From: Solirubrobacteraceae bacterium | GTDB taxonomy: Bacteria > Actinomycetota > Thermoleophilia > Solirubrobacterales > Solirubrobacteraceae | Assembly (NCBI GenBank): GCA_036252775.1 | Contig: DASYID010000114.1 | Location: 1-58,251 of the forward strand | DNA length: 58,251 bases | Direction of reading: 5' to 3' | Shown here: piece after piece, positions 16,862 to 26,966 of the stretch | Layout of the letters: every line of letters starts with the position of its first letter | Numbering within the stretch: position 1 is the first letter of the stretch | Position numbers and translations under genes: made by a program | The notes under the pieces: generated by a model | What the model was told of the DNA's origin: nothing | What the model saw: only the letters and a program-made list of their open reading frames with translations | Database searches by the model: none

Positions 16862-19398
16862 GTGGTAAGCGACACCGAGTTGGCGTTGGTGTTGCCGGCG
16901 CCGTCTCGGGCGGCCCCCGGTGCCACGCTGATCGTTGTCCCGGGCGGCGCCGAGACATGGAAGGTCCCGCCCCGGCCGGTTACCGTCACCGGGTGGCCAC
17001 CGACCTGGACGGTCATCTGTCCGGTCGGGGCGCTCGTGGGCCGGTAGGTGAAGTCCTGCTCGAGGACCGCGGGCGGGTAGTCGAGCGTCAGGGTTGCGCC
17101 GTCGACGGTGGCGGCTGTCGTCCGGACGGTCAGGTTGGCGGCCGGAGAGACCTGGAAGGCCGGGGACTCCAGGCGATAGTGGTTGGCGCTGACCACGAGC
17201 TGATAGGCGCCGGCCGGGGCATCGCGGGGCACCTCCCACGTCGCCTGGTAGGCGCCCTGGTCGTCTACTGACCACAGAATCTGCAGACCCAGGTCATCTG
17301 CCACCGGTTGCCAGCTGGCTCCGACGCGACGGCGGATCGTGACGAATGCTCGCTCGACCTGGCGGTCAAACCCTCGTGGGCCGCCAGTCCACTTCATCAC
17401 CGCATGCCCCAGGCGGGGGGTGTCTGACGGCGTGCTGAGGATCGTGGCGGTCGAGGCGCCTTCGCTGAACGGTTCCGCGTCCGCAGCCACCCCGTTGGTG
17501 GGGTCAAACGGGGCGGGAGTCGGAGCGGACTGGCCGGCCACCAGCCGACGGGCGAGCTCGGTCGAAGTGGCCTGCAGCAGGTTGGAGCTGTAGCGACCGT
17601 AGAGCGTCGAGCCCCCCTCGTAGTGTTGGCGCTGGTACTCCTCCGGGGTGGTGAAGTAGGACAGGTACTCGTTGGCCAGGCCCGCGATGACCGCCCGTGT
17701 GATGCCCTGGGGGGCGGTGGCCTTGACCACCGCGTCTCGCACCCGCTCTCCCATTCCGACCGTCATCTCGCCCGGCACCGAGACGATCAGCCGGTCGCCG
17801 ATGCGCAGGGTCATGACCGGCACCGCCGTCGGCACGTTCAGCGCCGGCGGCTGGGCCTCCTGGATCTTGTTGCCCTGGACGGGGTCGTCGGTGGCGCTGC
17901 GGCGATCCTCGAAGTTGACGTGGGTGACGTCATAGAGCGGGCCGCGACCCTCCTCGGACCCGGTCAGCTGGGGCAGGCCGAAGATCGCCTTGGAGTCCAC
18001 CATGCCCCCGGCCGTCGGCTGCCCGCAGAAGCACAGTCGCGTCCAACGCCGGTCGACGGACAGACGGTCTGACAGGTGCCGGCCGGCCTCGGTCCACGCG
18101 GTCATGAACGCGTCGGCTTCGCGCCGGCCGACCCATTCGGCGTCGGCGGGCCCGCTGCGCACCAGGCCCGCGCTCATGTCGCCCTCATCGCTGTTCCCGT
18201 AGGCGTTGACGACATCCTGTCCCGCCGGCACCTGCCCCTGGCGGCGCATCGCCTCCTCGGTCAGGCGGATCGCCGCGCCATGGTGGTCGGCGTTGTAGTA
18301 GGTGAAGGTGACCTTGTTGACGGTCCCGTGGTCGGCGAACTCAGACCACATCGCCACCGGCGCGTAGCGGTAGGTGGTCCGCGTCGCCGGGTGGCGGGGC
18401 TGGCGGGCACGGGCGCGACGCCGGTGGGCGGGGCGCCGAGAGCTCGTGTGCGGCCGAGAGCTCGTGAGCCGCGGAGAGCTCGTGTGCGGCCGAGAGCTCG
18501 TGTGCCGCCGAGAGCTCGTGAGCCGCCGAGCTGTGCGTGCTGGCGTCGCCGTTTGGGCCCTCCGGCGCCTTCGGTTCTGCCGGTCGAAGCGGTGCGCGCC
18601 TCGCTTGTTGTGACAGCGGCGCTTTCTCCGGGGCCCGCGGCTGGGCCGGCGTCGGCACCTGGGCGCGAGGACCGAGCGGCGTGAGGAGATGCGCTTGTCC
18701 ACGCGCAACACGTCGACGTTGGGGTCGATCGTGTGCACCGGGCCCCTGGGATCCTGGCTGGGCGAGCCGGCACCGTAGGGCTCGAGGATGCCGTAGTTGG
18801 CCAGGTGGGCCTCGAGGCTGCGGTTCTGGGTGACGTCGGTGAGCTGGGTCGAGCCCCAGCCCGCGCGGGCCGGTCCGAGATCCTGGTCGGCGCGCCGAAT
18901 CGCCGTCGCCAGCTGATTGACCTCAAAGGCGTAGAGCTGGGGGTCCAGAGCGCCCGACACGTTCTGCTGCGAGGGCGTGCCCAGAGTCATGAAGACCGTG
19001 TCGTAGCTGCCGAAGTTGTAGAACTGCGAGGGGCCGGCGTGGGTATGGGAGGCAGAATCGAGCACGTTCTGCTCGGAGAACCCGTAGGCCTTGTCGCGGT
19101 CGGCGGCGGCCTTGAGCACGCCGCCCGGGATGCCGTTCAGATCCTCGGCTACCAGGGCCACCTTGCGCCCGTCCTTTTCCAGCACGATCGCGCGCGCATA
19201 CAGGCGGGTGTGCTGGCCGCGCACGAGCCCATCCGAGCGCACCCAGCCCATCATGTAGTAGCCGGTCGGCGGCGTGATGTCGGCGCGCCCGACACCGGCC
19301 CTCAGCGTGTCGGCAGCGGCCGCCGGCGCCAGGCCGGCCAGTCCCGCGGTGACCGAGGCCAGCAATCCCAGGCGCTTGAGCGCAGACACCGGCCTCAC
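16858..19398 (-). CDS. Secreted neutral/alkaline ceramidase family protein carrying an internal Arg-rich repeat insertion
   Basis: A signal peptide is followed by GVGRADITPPTGYYMMGW, RLYARAIVL and SASHTHAGPS (Zn/catalytic His motif). The C-terminal beta-domain is present. The insertion spans about 18365-18690. Confidence 0.85.
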   Translation of the reverse strand: MRPVSALKRLGLLASVTAGLAGLAPAAAADTLRAGVGRADITPPTGYYMMGWVRSDGLVRGQHTRLYARAIVLEKDGRKVALVAEDLNGIPGGVLKAAADRDKAYGFSEQNVLDSASHTHAGPSQFYNFGSYDTVFMTLGTPSQQNVSGALDPQLYAFEVNQLATAIRRADQDLGPARAGWGSTQLTDVTQNRSLEAHLANYGILEPYGAGSPSQDPRGPVHTIDPNVDVLRVDKRISSRRSVLAPRCRRRPSRGPRRKRRCHNKRGAHRFDRQNRRRRRAQTATPARTARRLTSSRRHTSSRPHTSSPRLTSSRPHTSSRRPAHRRRARARQPRHPATRTTYRYAPVAMWSEFADHGTVNKVTFTYYNADHHGAAIRLTEEAMRRQGQVPAGQDVVNAYGNSDEGDMSAGLVRSGPADAEWVGRREADAFMTAWTEAGRHLSDRLSVDRRWTRLCFCGQPTAGGMVDSKAIFGLPQLTGSEEGRGPLYDVTHVNFEDRRSATDDPVQGNKIQEAQPPALNVPTAVPVMTLRIGDRLIVSVPGEMTVGMGERVRDAVVKATAPQGITRAVIAGLANEYLSYFTTPEEYQRQHYEGGSTLYGRYSSNLLQATSTELARRLVAGQSAPTPAPFDPTNGVAADAEPFSEGASTATILSTPSDTPRLGHAVMKWTGGPRGFDRQVERAFVTIRRRVGASWQPVADDLGLQILWSVDDQGAYQATWEVPRDAPAGAYQLVVSANHYRLESPAFQVSPAANLTVRTTAATVDGATLTLDYPPAVLEQDFTYRPTSAPTGQMTVQVGGHPVTVTGRGGTFHVSAPPGTTISVAPGAARDGAGNTNANSVSLTT
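18436..18535. repeat. 18-bp tandem repeat, 5 full units plus a partial one (CCGAGAGCTCGTG[T/A]GC[C/G]G), inside the ceramidase gene
   Basis: I counted the units directly: 18436-18453, 18454-18471, 18472-18489, 18490-18507, 18508-18525, then a partial unit. Confidence 0.9.
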
Positions 19399-19416
19399 CC
19401 TAGTCCGCGCCTCGCG

Positions 19417-20979
19417 TCACGGGCGCAGTCCGCGGGCGCGCGGACCGGCGTACAGGTCGTGGCGGATCAGCTCGTGGGCGCGCTGCGCCCAGTCACACAG
19501 CAGCGGGCGGGTATCGCGCGGGTCGATGATCTCCTCGATGCCAAAGCGCTCCGCGGTGCGAAACGGGGAGCGCACAGCGTTCAGGCGCCCCTCGATCTCG
19601 GCCCGCAGGGCCACCGGATCCTCGGCTGCCTCGAGCTCGCGGCGGTAGGCGGCCTCCAGCCCGCCCTCGATCGGCAGCGATCCCCAGTCTCCCGAGGGCC
19701 AGGCGTAGCGCAGGTTCAGGCGCGAGCCGTCACCGTGAGCGGCCCCGGCAATGCCGTAGACCTTGCGCAGCAGGACCGACACCCACGGCACCGTCGCCTG
19801 GTGCACCGCGGCCAGCGCCCGGGCGCCGCGGCGCATCGTGTTGGCGCGCTCGGCCTCGGTGCCGATCACGAACCCCGGCTGGTCGACGAAGTTGGCCACG
19901 GGCAGGTGAAACTGGTCGCACATGTCGACGAAGCGCACGAGCTTGTCGGCAGCGTCGCCGGTCATGCCACCTCCGTAGTGCACGGGATCAGAGGCCATGA
20001 TCCCCACCGGCCGGCCGTCCAGGCGTCCCAAGAAGATCCCCAGCGATCGCCCGTAGCGGGCGCCGAGCTCGAACAGGGATCCGCGATCGAAGACCGCGGC
20101 CAGGAGGTCCCTGGTCCGGTAGGGCTTGCGGCGGTCGCGCGGGACGATCTCCGACAGCATTTCCTCGCGTCGGTCCCGGGGGTCGTCCTGGGGTCCGCAC
20201 GGCGGGGCCTCCCACACGTTGTCGGGCAGATAGCTCAGAAAGCGGCGAATCTGGGCCAGGGCGTCGTCCTCATCGGCCGCCTCGTTGTCCACGGCACCGG
20301 CGCGCGACTGCGCGCGGGCGCCACCCAGCTGCTCCTTGTCTGGTGATTCGCCCATGGCGGCGGCGACCACCGGCGGCCCGGCCACGAACAGCTGCGCGCT
20401 GCCGCGCACGATCACCGAGAAGTGCGAGAGCACCACCCGCGCGGCGCCCAGCCCGGCGACCGGGCCCAGCGCCGCACCGACCACCGGGACCCGCGACAGG
20501 TTGGCCACCGCCACCTCAAAGCCGGGCAGCATCGGCACGTAGGAGAAGCCCATCTGCTCCAGGGACTTGACGCTGCCGCCCCCGCCGGTGCCGTCTACCA
20601 GGCGCACCAGCGGTAGGCGCAGGTCGTGGGCCATGCGCTCGGCGTAGACCATCTTCTGCCAGATGGCCGCGTCCGCCGCGCCGCCCCGGACGGTGAAGTC
20701 GTCGGCCTGCACGACGGTGGCGCGGCCGCCCAGTCGCCCCCGGCCGATCACCATGTTGGCCGGTATGAACCCCGACAGCTGACCGTGTTCGTCGTAGCTG
20801 CCGACCCCGGCGATCGCCCCGGTCTCGTGAAAGCTTCCGTCGTCGAGCAGCCGGCTGATGCGTTCCCGCACGGTCAGGCGCCCGCTGGCGTGCTGGCGGG
20901 CGACCCGCTCCTCGCCGCCCATCCGCTGCGCGAGCTGCTCGCGGCGCCGCAGTTCCTCGAGCTCGGGCTCCCAGGTCAT
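19417..20979 (-). CDS. Acyl-CoA carboxylase carboxyltransferase (beta) subunit
   Basis: The carboxyl_trans domain is recognisable from RQHASGRLTVRERISRLLDDGSFHETG, with both N- and C-terminal CT halves present. Confidence 0.9.
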   Translation of the reverse strand: MTWEPELEELRRREQLAQRMGGEERVARQHASGRLTVRERISRLLDDGSFHETGAIAGVGSYDEHGQLSGFIPANMVIGRGRLGGRATVVQADDFTVRGGAADAAIWQKMVYAERMAHDLRLPLVRLVDGTGGGGSVKSLEQMGFSYVPMLPGFEVAVANLSRVPVVGAALGPVAGLGAARVVLSHFSVIVRGSAQLFVAGPPVVAAAMGESPDKEQLGGARAQSRAGAVDNEAADEDDALAQIRRFLSYLPDNVWEAPPCGPQDDPRDRREEMLSEIVPRDRRKPYRTRDLLAAVFDRGSLFELGARYGRSLGIFLGRLDGRPVGIMASDPVHYGGGMTGDAADKLVRFVDMCDQFHLPVANFVDQPGFVIGTEAERANTMRRGARALAAVHQATVPWVSVLLRKVYGIAGAAHGDGSRLNLRYAWPSGDWGSLPIEGGLEAAYRRELEAAEDPVALRAEIEGRLNAVRSPFRTAERFGIEEIIDPRDTRPLLCDWAQRAHELIRHDLYAGPRARGLRP

Positions 20980-21140
20980 CGAGCGGGTCAGGATACGGCC
21001 CGGGGCTCGCTGGCCCGCGGATGGCCTGGGCCGCGCTGCGAGCTCGGGCCCGGCTAGGACCGAGCGGACGCCCTGCCCAAGCCTGGCCGCGGGGAACCTA
21101 GGCGATGCGGTCGCGCAGGGTCCCGGCGCGGCGACGAAGC

Positions 21141-21380
21141 CTAGACCACGCGGTCGCGCTCGATCACGCGCTCGCGCGGATAGGGCTCGGCGACCACGTC
21201 AGCGCGGTGCCGGCCCGACCAGAGGCTGTTGTAGAGCAGGGAGAGCAACAGGCCGAGAACGCCGGCGACCATCAGGATCACTCCCACGGTCTGCAGCGAG
21301 ATGCCGGACACCGTGGTGGTCACTGCCCACTTGAGGATCGCGCCGATGGCGATCAGGGTTATCGACGAGCCAATTCCCAT
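21141..21380 (-). CDS. Small two-TM membrane protein (DUF6458-like)
   Basis: Two hydrophobic helices (ITLIAIGAILKWAV, VGVILMVAGVLGLLLSLL) are followed by a charged tail. Confidence 0.65.
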   Translation of the reverse strand: MGIGSSITLIAIGAILKWAVTTTVSGISLQTVGVILMVAGVLGLLLSLLYNSLWSGRHRADVVAEPYPRERVIERDRVV

Positions 21381-21454
21381 TGTGTGCCTTTCCCTGGGGG
21401 ACAGGCCAGTGCTACCCCGGGGAGCGGCTGCTCTAAACGGATACGATCACCCCG

Positions 21455-22600
21455 ATGCAGACCATCCGCGACGTCTACGCGCTGCCGCCCGAGCACGTCG
21501 ACTTCCGCAACATGATTCGCCAGATGGTCAGCGAGAAGGTCGCGCCGCGAGCGGCGGAGATCGATGACAAGGCCGAGTATCCCTGGGACGTGCGCGCTCT
21601 GCTGGCCGAGCACGACATCCTCGGCCTTCCGTTCCCAGAGGAGCATGGGGGCACGGGAACGGGGGTACTGATGCTCAACATCGCGATCGAGGAGATCGCT
21701 CGCGCCTGCGCGTCCTCCGCGCTGATCCTGATGGTCCAAGAGCTCGGCACGCTCCCCATCCAGCTGTTTGGGACCGACGAGCAAAAGGAGCGATTCCTGC
21801 CCCGCTGCGCCAGCGGCGAGTGGTCCCCGGCGTTCGCGCTGTCTGAGCCCGAGGCCGGCTCGGACCCCGGCGGGATGATCACCCGCGCCGAGCCCGACGG
21901 GCAGGAGTGGGTCATCAACGGGACCAAGAACTGGATCACCAACCTCGGAATCGCCGACTTCTACGTCGTCTTCGCGGTGACCGATCGCGAGAGCCGCCGC
22001 ATCACGGCCTTCATCGTCGAGGCCGACCGGCCCGGCTTCAGCGTGGGCAAGCTCGAGCACAAGCTTGGGATTCGCGGATCGCCCACGGGCCAGCCGATCT
22101 TCGAGGACGTCAGGGTGCCGGCCGAGAATGTGCTGGGCGAGGTCGGGCGCGGCCTGCGCGTCGCCCTGACGACGCTGGAGCGCACACGCCTGGGCGCGGC
22201 CGCCCAGGCCATTGGGATCGCCCAGGGCGCCACCGACTACGCCGTCGCTTATGCCAAGGAGCGCCGCCAGTTCGGTCAGCCGATCTACGACTTCCAGGCC
22301 ATCCAGTTCAAGCTGGCCGACATGGAGCTGCGCACCGCGGCCGGGCGCGAGCTGCTCTACAAGGCCTGCGCGATGAGCGATCGAGGAGATCCCGAGCGGG
22401 GCAAGTACGCCTCGATGGCCAAGGTGTTCTGCTCAGACACGGCCATGGCCGTCACGCTGGAGGCCATCCAGGTGCTCGGAGGCTACGGCTATGTCAAGGA
22501 GTACCCGGTCGAGCGGTTCATGCGCGACGCCAAGATCACCCAGATCTATGAGGGCACCAACGAGATCCAGCGCCTCGTGATCGCCCGCAGCCTGCGGTAG
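21455..22600 (+). CDS. Acyl-CoA dehydrogenase
   Basis: Full-length ACAD pattern (FALSEPEAGSDPGGM, WITN, the YEGTNEIQRLVIAR C-terminus). Confidence 0.95.
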   Translation: MQTIRDVYALPPEHVDFRNMIRQMVSEKVAPRAAEIDDKAEYPWDVRALLAEHDILGLPFPEEHGGTGTGVLMLNIAIEEIARACASSALILMVQELGTLPIQLFGTDEQKERFLPRCASGEWSPAFALSEPEAGSDPGGMITRAEPDGQEWVINGTKNWITNLGIADFYVVFAVTDRESRRITAFIVEADRPGFSVGKLEHKLGIRGSPTGQPIFEDVRVPAENVLGEVGRGLRVALTTLERTRLGAAAQAIGIAQGATDYAVAYAKERRQFGQPIYDFQAIQFKLADMELRTAAGRELLYKACAMSDRGDPERGKYASMAKVFCSDTAMAVTLEAIQVLGGYGYVKEYPVERFMRDAKITQIYEGTNEIQRLVIARSLR

Positions 22601-22611
22601 AGGTCGGCGGC

Positions 22612-23250
22612 GTGCACTCAGGATCCGCGCCCCCGGTTCGCCGGATACTGCTGGCGGCCGGCGTGGCTCTGTGCGCCGGGATGGCGCTCATCGTGCTCCT
22701 CGACGGGCTCGCCGCGTCGGGGATGCTGAGGGCGCTCGAGCTGATCGCCGCCGCGCTGTTCGTGGTGGGCGTGCTCAGCGGTCTGGTGGTGATGGTGGCG
22801 CTGCGCTTGGCCGGCTGGCGCGACCCGGAGTCCGAGTCTGACTTCGAAGCGATCGTGGTGCGCTCTGAGCGTCTGGCGCGCGATGGTCTGGCGGCCGAGC
22901 CGACCGAGGGTGAGTTCATGGAGCTCGACCCCCTCGACGACGACGACTTCGCCGAGCTCGTGCGTGATGCCCTGGACGACCTGCCCGACCTGTTGCGCAA
23001 CGCGCTGGCCCACGTCGCCGTGGTTATCCGCGACGACGGCCGTCGTCGCGGCGCCTACGGTCTCTACCACGGCGACGGCGTGCATCGGGACAACCTGCCC
23101 GATCGGATCGTCATCTACCGCGACACCTTGCGCCGCGACTTCGGTTACGACGCGGAGCTGCTGCGCGAGCAGGTGACACGCACCGTGCGCCACGAGCTGG
23201 CCCATCACGTCGGATTTGACGAGATGGGAGTCAGGGGCCTGGGACTGTGA
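22612..23250 (+). CDS. Membrane-anchored zincin-like metallopeptidase-family protein (DUF1025-like C-terminal domain)
   Basis: Two N-terminal TM helices are followed by a C-terminal domain with HELAHH and the pattern LPDLLRNALAHVAVVI. Confidence 0.7.
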   Translation: MHSGSAPPVRRILLAAGVALCAGMALIVLLDGLAASGMLRALELIAAALFVVGVLSGLVVMVALRLAGWRDPESESDFEAIVVRSERLARDGLAAEPTEGEFMELDPLDDDDFAELVRDALDDLPDLLRNALAHVAVVIRDDGRRRGAYGLYHGDGVHRDNLPDRIVIYRDTLRRDFGYDAELLREQVTRTVRHELAHHVGFDEMGVRGLGL

Positions 23251-23308
23251 CCGGTTCGGTGCCGTCTGGGGCCGGCCCGGGGCCGCGGCGGACACGGTGG
23301 GGCTGTCG

Positions 23309-24331
23309 ATGATGGTGGTGATGACACCCGGGGCCCCCGAGGCCGACGTCCAGGCGGTGGTGGCTCGCCTGGAGACCACCGGCGTGCACGTGCTCGTCAT
23401 GCCCGGGGAGCTGACGACGGCGATAGGCGCGATCGGCGATCCCGAGGGTGTGCGCGAGCTGGGGCTGGAGGGCATGTCCGGAGTCGATCGCGTCGTGCCG
23501 ATCTCCCGCCCCTACAAGCTGGCCTCCTCCGAGCTGGCCCACCACGAGCCCACCCGTCTGTCGATCTCCGGCCGCGAGGTGGGGGGAGGGGAGACCTTCT
23601 GCCTGATCGCCGGGCCGTGCACCGTGGAGTCACGCGAGGGCACCCTGGCGGTGGCCCAGGCCGTGGCCCAGGGTGGGGCCTCCATGTTGCGCGGGGGTGC
23701 CTTCAAGCCGCGGACGTCGCCGTTTGCCTTCAAGGGCCTCGGTCCCGAGGCGCTGTCCCTGCTGGCCGAGGCCCGAGAGCAAACCGGTCTTCCGGTGGTC
23801 ACCGAACTGCTCGACGGCCAGCACGCCGACGCGATCGCCGCCCACGCCGACGTGATCCAGATCGGCGCTCGCAACATGCAGAACTACGCTCTGCTGGAGG
23901 TAGCTGGTCGGTTGGGTAAGCCGGTGCTGCTCAAGCGAGGCCTCTCCTCGAGCCTGGACGAGCTGCTGATGGCCGCCGATTACATCCTCAAGGAGGGAAA
24001 CGAGGCGGTGATCCTGTGCGAGCGGGGCATCCGCACGTTCGAAACCGCGACCCGCTTCACCCTCGACCTGGGCGCCGTCCCGTGGCTGAAGCTGCACACC
24101 CACCTGCCGGTCGTGGTGGACCCCAGCCACGCCGCCGGCGACCGCCGCTTGGTCGAGCCGTTGGCCCGCGCGGCGGCCGCGGTGGGCGCGGACGGCATCA
24201 TGGTCGAGGTCCACGAGGATCCCGAGGTGGCCCTGTGCGACGGGCCCCAGGCACTGGTGGCGTCCCAGTTCGCGGCCTTCGCGGCCTCGGTGTCCGCGCA
24301 CGCCGAGCTCACCGGCAAGCGCCTGGCCTGA
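23309..24331 (+). CDS. 3-deoxy-7-phosphoheptulonate (DAHP) synthase, type I-beta with N-terminal ferredoxin-like regulatory domain
   Basis: Motifs are GPCTVES, MLRGGAFKPRTSPFAFKGLG, LLKRG and VDPSHA. The start was chosen at MMVVMTPG, and a GTG at 23297 is also possible. The track start at 23216 overlaps the previous gene. Confidence 0.9.
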   Translation: MMVVMTPGAPEADVQAVVARLETTGVHVLVMPGELTTAIGAIGDPEGVRELGLEGMSGVDRVVPISRPYKLASSELAHHEPTRLSISGREVGGGETFCLIAGPCTVESREGTLAVAQAVAQGGASMLRGGAFKPRTSPFAFKGLGPEALSLLAEAREQTGLPVVTELLDGQHADAIAAHADVIQIGARNMQNYALLEVAGRLGKPVLLKRGLSSSLDELLMAADYILKEGNEAVILCERGIRTFETATRFTLDLGAVPWLKLHTHLPVVVDPSHAAGDRRLVEPLARAAAAVGADGIMVEVHEDPEVALCDGPQALVASQFAAFAASVSAHAELTGKRLA

Positions 24332-24418
24332 GTCCCCTAGGATGGGGTGCCCGCGCCGGCCGCCCCGGGCACCGCAGTGCCGGGCCCGCCGACCCCTCGA
24401 TCCAAGGAGCCATCCCAC

Positions 24419-25576
24419 ATGCCTGAAGCTGTGATCGTCGACGCCATTCGCACGCCCATCGGGCGGGCGATGAAGGGTTCGCTCAAGGACGTGCGCGCCG
24501 ACGAGCTCGCCGCCACCCCGCTGCGCGCCCTGCAGGAGCGCAACCCCGAGGTCAACTTCTCCGAGACGGTCGACGTGATGATGGGGGCCGCCTCGAGCGT
24601 GGGCGAGCAGGCCTACAACATCGGACGCAACGCCTCCCTGCTGTCGGGTCTGGACCATCACATCCCCGCCTGCACGGTCAATCGCTTCTGCGCGTCCTCG
24701 CTGCAGACCCTGCGCATGGCCTTTCACGCCGTCAAGGCCGGTGAGGGAGACCAGTACATCGCCGCCGGGGTGGAGGCGGTCTCGCGCGCCGGGCTGGGGG
24801 CGGGCATTCCCGACGACGCCAAGCACTCCCAGCTCGACGGCTCGGAGGGCTCGGCCTACGACGTGTACATCCCGATGGGGCTCACGGCCGAGAACGTCGC
24901 CGAGCGCTGCCACGTGAGCCGCGAGCAGCAGGACCAGTGGGCGGTCACCTCCCAGACCCGGGCCGTCGACGCGCAGGCCTCTGGGCATTTCGACAAGGAG
25001 ATCGTCGGCGTCGCCACTCCGGACGGGGAGGTGACCAAGGACGACGGACCGCGTCCGGGCACCACCATGGAGAAGCTGGGGGCGCTCAAGCCCGCCTTTC
25101 GTGAGGACGGCACGGTGACCGCCGGCAACGCCTGCCCGCTTAACGACGGCGCGGCCGCGGTGCTGGTCATGTCCGAGGAGAAGGCGAAGTCGCTCGGTCT
25201 CAAGCCCCGCGCCCGGATCGTGGCCTCCAGCGTGGCTGCCATCCGCCCGGAGCTCATGGGGCTCGGGCCCATCCCCGCCATTCAGGGGCTGCTCCAGCAG
25301 GTCGGCATGACGATGGACGACATCGACGTGGTCGAGATCAACGAGGCCTTTGCCGCCCAGATCGTGCCCTGCATGGAGGACCTGAAGATCGACGAGGAGA
25401 AGCTCAACCCGTTCGGCGGGGCGATCGCGCTCGGTCACCCCTTCGGGATGACGGGCGCGCGCATCATGACCACCCTGCTCAACGATCTCGAGACGCTCGA
25501 CAAGACCTTTGGCATCGAGTCGATGTGCGTCGCCGGGGGCATGGGTCAGGCGATGCTCGTCGAGCGTCTCAACTAG
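24419..25576 (+). CDS. Acetyl-CoA C-acetyltransferase (thiolase)
   Basis: AAGGAG at 24404-24409 precedes the ATG at 24419. Motifs are [26 protein letters not shown] (active Cys) and the [11 protein letters not shown]-terminus. Confidence 0.95.
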   Translation: MPEAVIVDAIRTPIGRAMKGSLKDVRADELAATPLRALQERNPEVNFSETVDVMMGAASSVGEQAYNIGRNASLLSGLDHHIPACTVNRFCASSLQTLRMAFHAVKAGEGDQYIAAGVEAVSRAGLGAGIPDDAKHSQLDGSEGSAYDVYIPMGLTAENVAERCHVSREQQDQWAVTSQTRAVDAQASGHFDKEIVGVATPDGEVTKDDGPRPGTTMEKLGALKPAFREDGTVTAGNACPLNDGAAAVLVMSEEKAKSLGLKPRARIVASSVAAIRPELMGLGPIPAIQGLLQQVGMTMDDIDVVEINEAFAAQIVPCMEDLKIDEEKLNPFGGAIALGHPFGMTGARIMTTLLNDLETLDKTFGIESMCVAGGMGQAMLVERLN

Positions 25577-26946
25577 GCGACGAGCTCCTCGATCGCCTCC
25601 GTCAGCGCCTGGGCCGCCGCCGCCAGCGGCGGGTCCAGGTCACGGTCGGCCAGCAGCCCGAAGCGCACCGCGCCGTCGTAGCTGAGCATCCCCACGCTCA
25701 GTCCTTGGTTGGACGGGTTCAAGGGTACGACGGGATAGGCCTCGAGCAGCCGGGCACCGTTGAGATAGAACGGCTGTTGCGGGCCAGGGACATTCGAGAC
25801 GACCAGGTTGAACGCACGCACTCCGCTGAGCGTGCGGGCCAGCATCGAGGAGACCAGCGGGGGGGCCCAGCCGGTGGCCCCCACCAGCAGCGCCCCAGCG
25901 CGCACCGCCGCGGAATCCTTCAACGCCCGCATCGTCGCGTTGACCGCCTCGAGACGCTCGATTGGATCTGAGACCCCGAGCGGCAGGTCGACCAGCACGG
26001 TCGAGATGTGGTTGCCGCCCTGCTCTCCGGGCTGGCGCACACTGACGGGCACGAGCGCCACCGCGGGATGATCGGGTACCTGCCCGGCGGCCTGGAGATA
26101 GCGGTCCAGGGCGCCGGCCACGATGGCCAGCAGGGCGTCGTTGACGGTCGCCCCCCGGGGCTTGGCTGCACGCTTGATCGCCTCCAGCGAGAGCTCGGCG
26201 GTGGCGTAGCGACGGTTGGGACCGATCGGACGATTGAGAGGGGTCATCGGCGCCTGGGGCCGGGCGCGGGCCAGCTCGGCGAGCAGGTCGGTGGCTCGGC
26301 GCAGGTCATCGGCGGCGCGCCGCGGGTCCGGGCTCAGCGCCCGCTGGACGCTGTCACCCAGCAGCCGCTGGGCCTGGACCATCGGCGTCCTGACCAGCCG
26401 GGCCAGGTGCTCGCGGCGCTCGTAGGGCTGGGCCGCCCAGGGCTGGTCGGGCGCCTCGATGACCAGTGGCTCGGGCCCGGGATCGAGCAACACCGTGCCC
26501 ACGTCGATGGCACCCACTCCGTCCACCAGGGCGTGGTGCATCTTGGGCACCAGGGCCACGCCGCCGTCGCGTAGACCGTCCACCACGGTGAGCTCCCACA
26601 GCGGTCGGCTGCGGTCCAGGCGCCGCGAGAACTCCTGGCCCACGAGCTCGGCCAGCTGGTCGGGGTCTCCGGGTGGCGCCAGTGAGGCCCGGCGCACGTG
26701 CCAGCCGAGGTCAAAGCCCGGGTCGTCGACCCACACCGGGTTGGCCAGCCCGAGCGCCGGCGCCTCGATGCGCTGGCGGTAGCGCGGAATCAGATGCAGG
26801 CGCTGGTCCAGGCGCTCGATCAGCGCTGCGTGCCCGAGCCCCGCAGCGCCCTCGAACACCAGCACGCCGCCCACCGACATGTGGACCGGGCCCTGCTCGG
26901 CCGCCAGTGACGAGCGATCGGCGGGCGAGAGGGGCTCGGAGGCCAT
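25573..26946 (-). CDS. Wax ester synthase / diacylglycerol acyltransferase (WS/DGAT)
   Basis: The HHALVDGVG catalytic motif is present. The start was chosen at MASEPLSP (ATG 26946). The track extension to 27309 runs antisense into the SDR gene. Confidence 0.85.
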   Translation of the reverse strand: MASEPLSPADRSSLAAEQGPVHMSVGGVLVFEGAAGLGHAALIERLDQRLHLIPRYRQRIEAPALGLANPVWVDDPGFDLGWHVRRASLAPPGDPDQLAELVGQEFSRRLDRSRPLWELTVVDGLRDGGVALVPKMHHALVDGVGAIDVGTVLLDPGPEPLVIEAPDQPWAAQPYERREHLARLVRTPMVQAQRLLGDSVQRALSPDPRRAADDLRRATDLLAELARARPQAPMTPLNRPIGPNRRYATAELSLEAIKRAAKPRGATVNDALLAIVAGALDRYLQAAGQVPDHPAVALVPVSVRQPGEQGGNHISTVLVDLPLGVSDPIERLEAVNATMRALKDSAAVRAGALLVGATGWAPPLVSSMLARTLSGVRAFNLVVSNVPGPQQPFYLNGARLLEAYPVVPLNPSNQGLSVGMLSYDGAVRFGLLADRDLDPPLAAAAQALTEAIEELVA

Positions 26947-26966
26947 CGCTCGCGGCCCGCGCGTTG

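Noticed and set aside
18436-18535. The possibility that the tandem-repeat arrays (also 27762-27891, 30717-30796, 51203-51415, 56189-56260) are CRISPR arrays.
   Set aside because: The repeats are contiguous with no unique spacers. Unit lengths of 18-41 bp are head-to-tail, several arrays are inside coding regions, and there are no cas genes in the window.
18733-20346. A 537-aa plus-strand ORF.
   Set aside because: It runs antisense to the ceramidase and the carboxyltransferase genes, and its composition is a low-complexity wrong-frame type.
23630-25438. A 602-aa ORF on the minus strand.
   Set aside because: It runs antisense to two well-supported genes (DAHP synthase and thiolase). Its composition is Arg/Gly/Ala/His-rich and low-complexity, as expected for a wrong-strand reading of GC-rich DNA, and I recognise no motifs.
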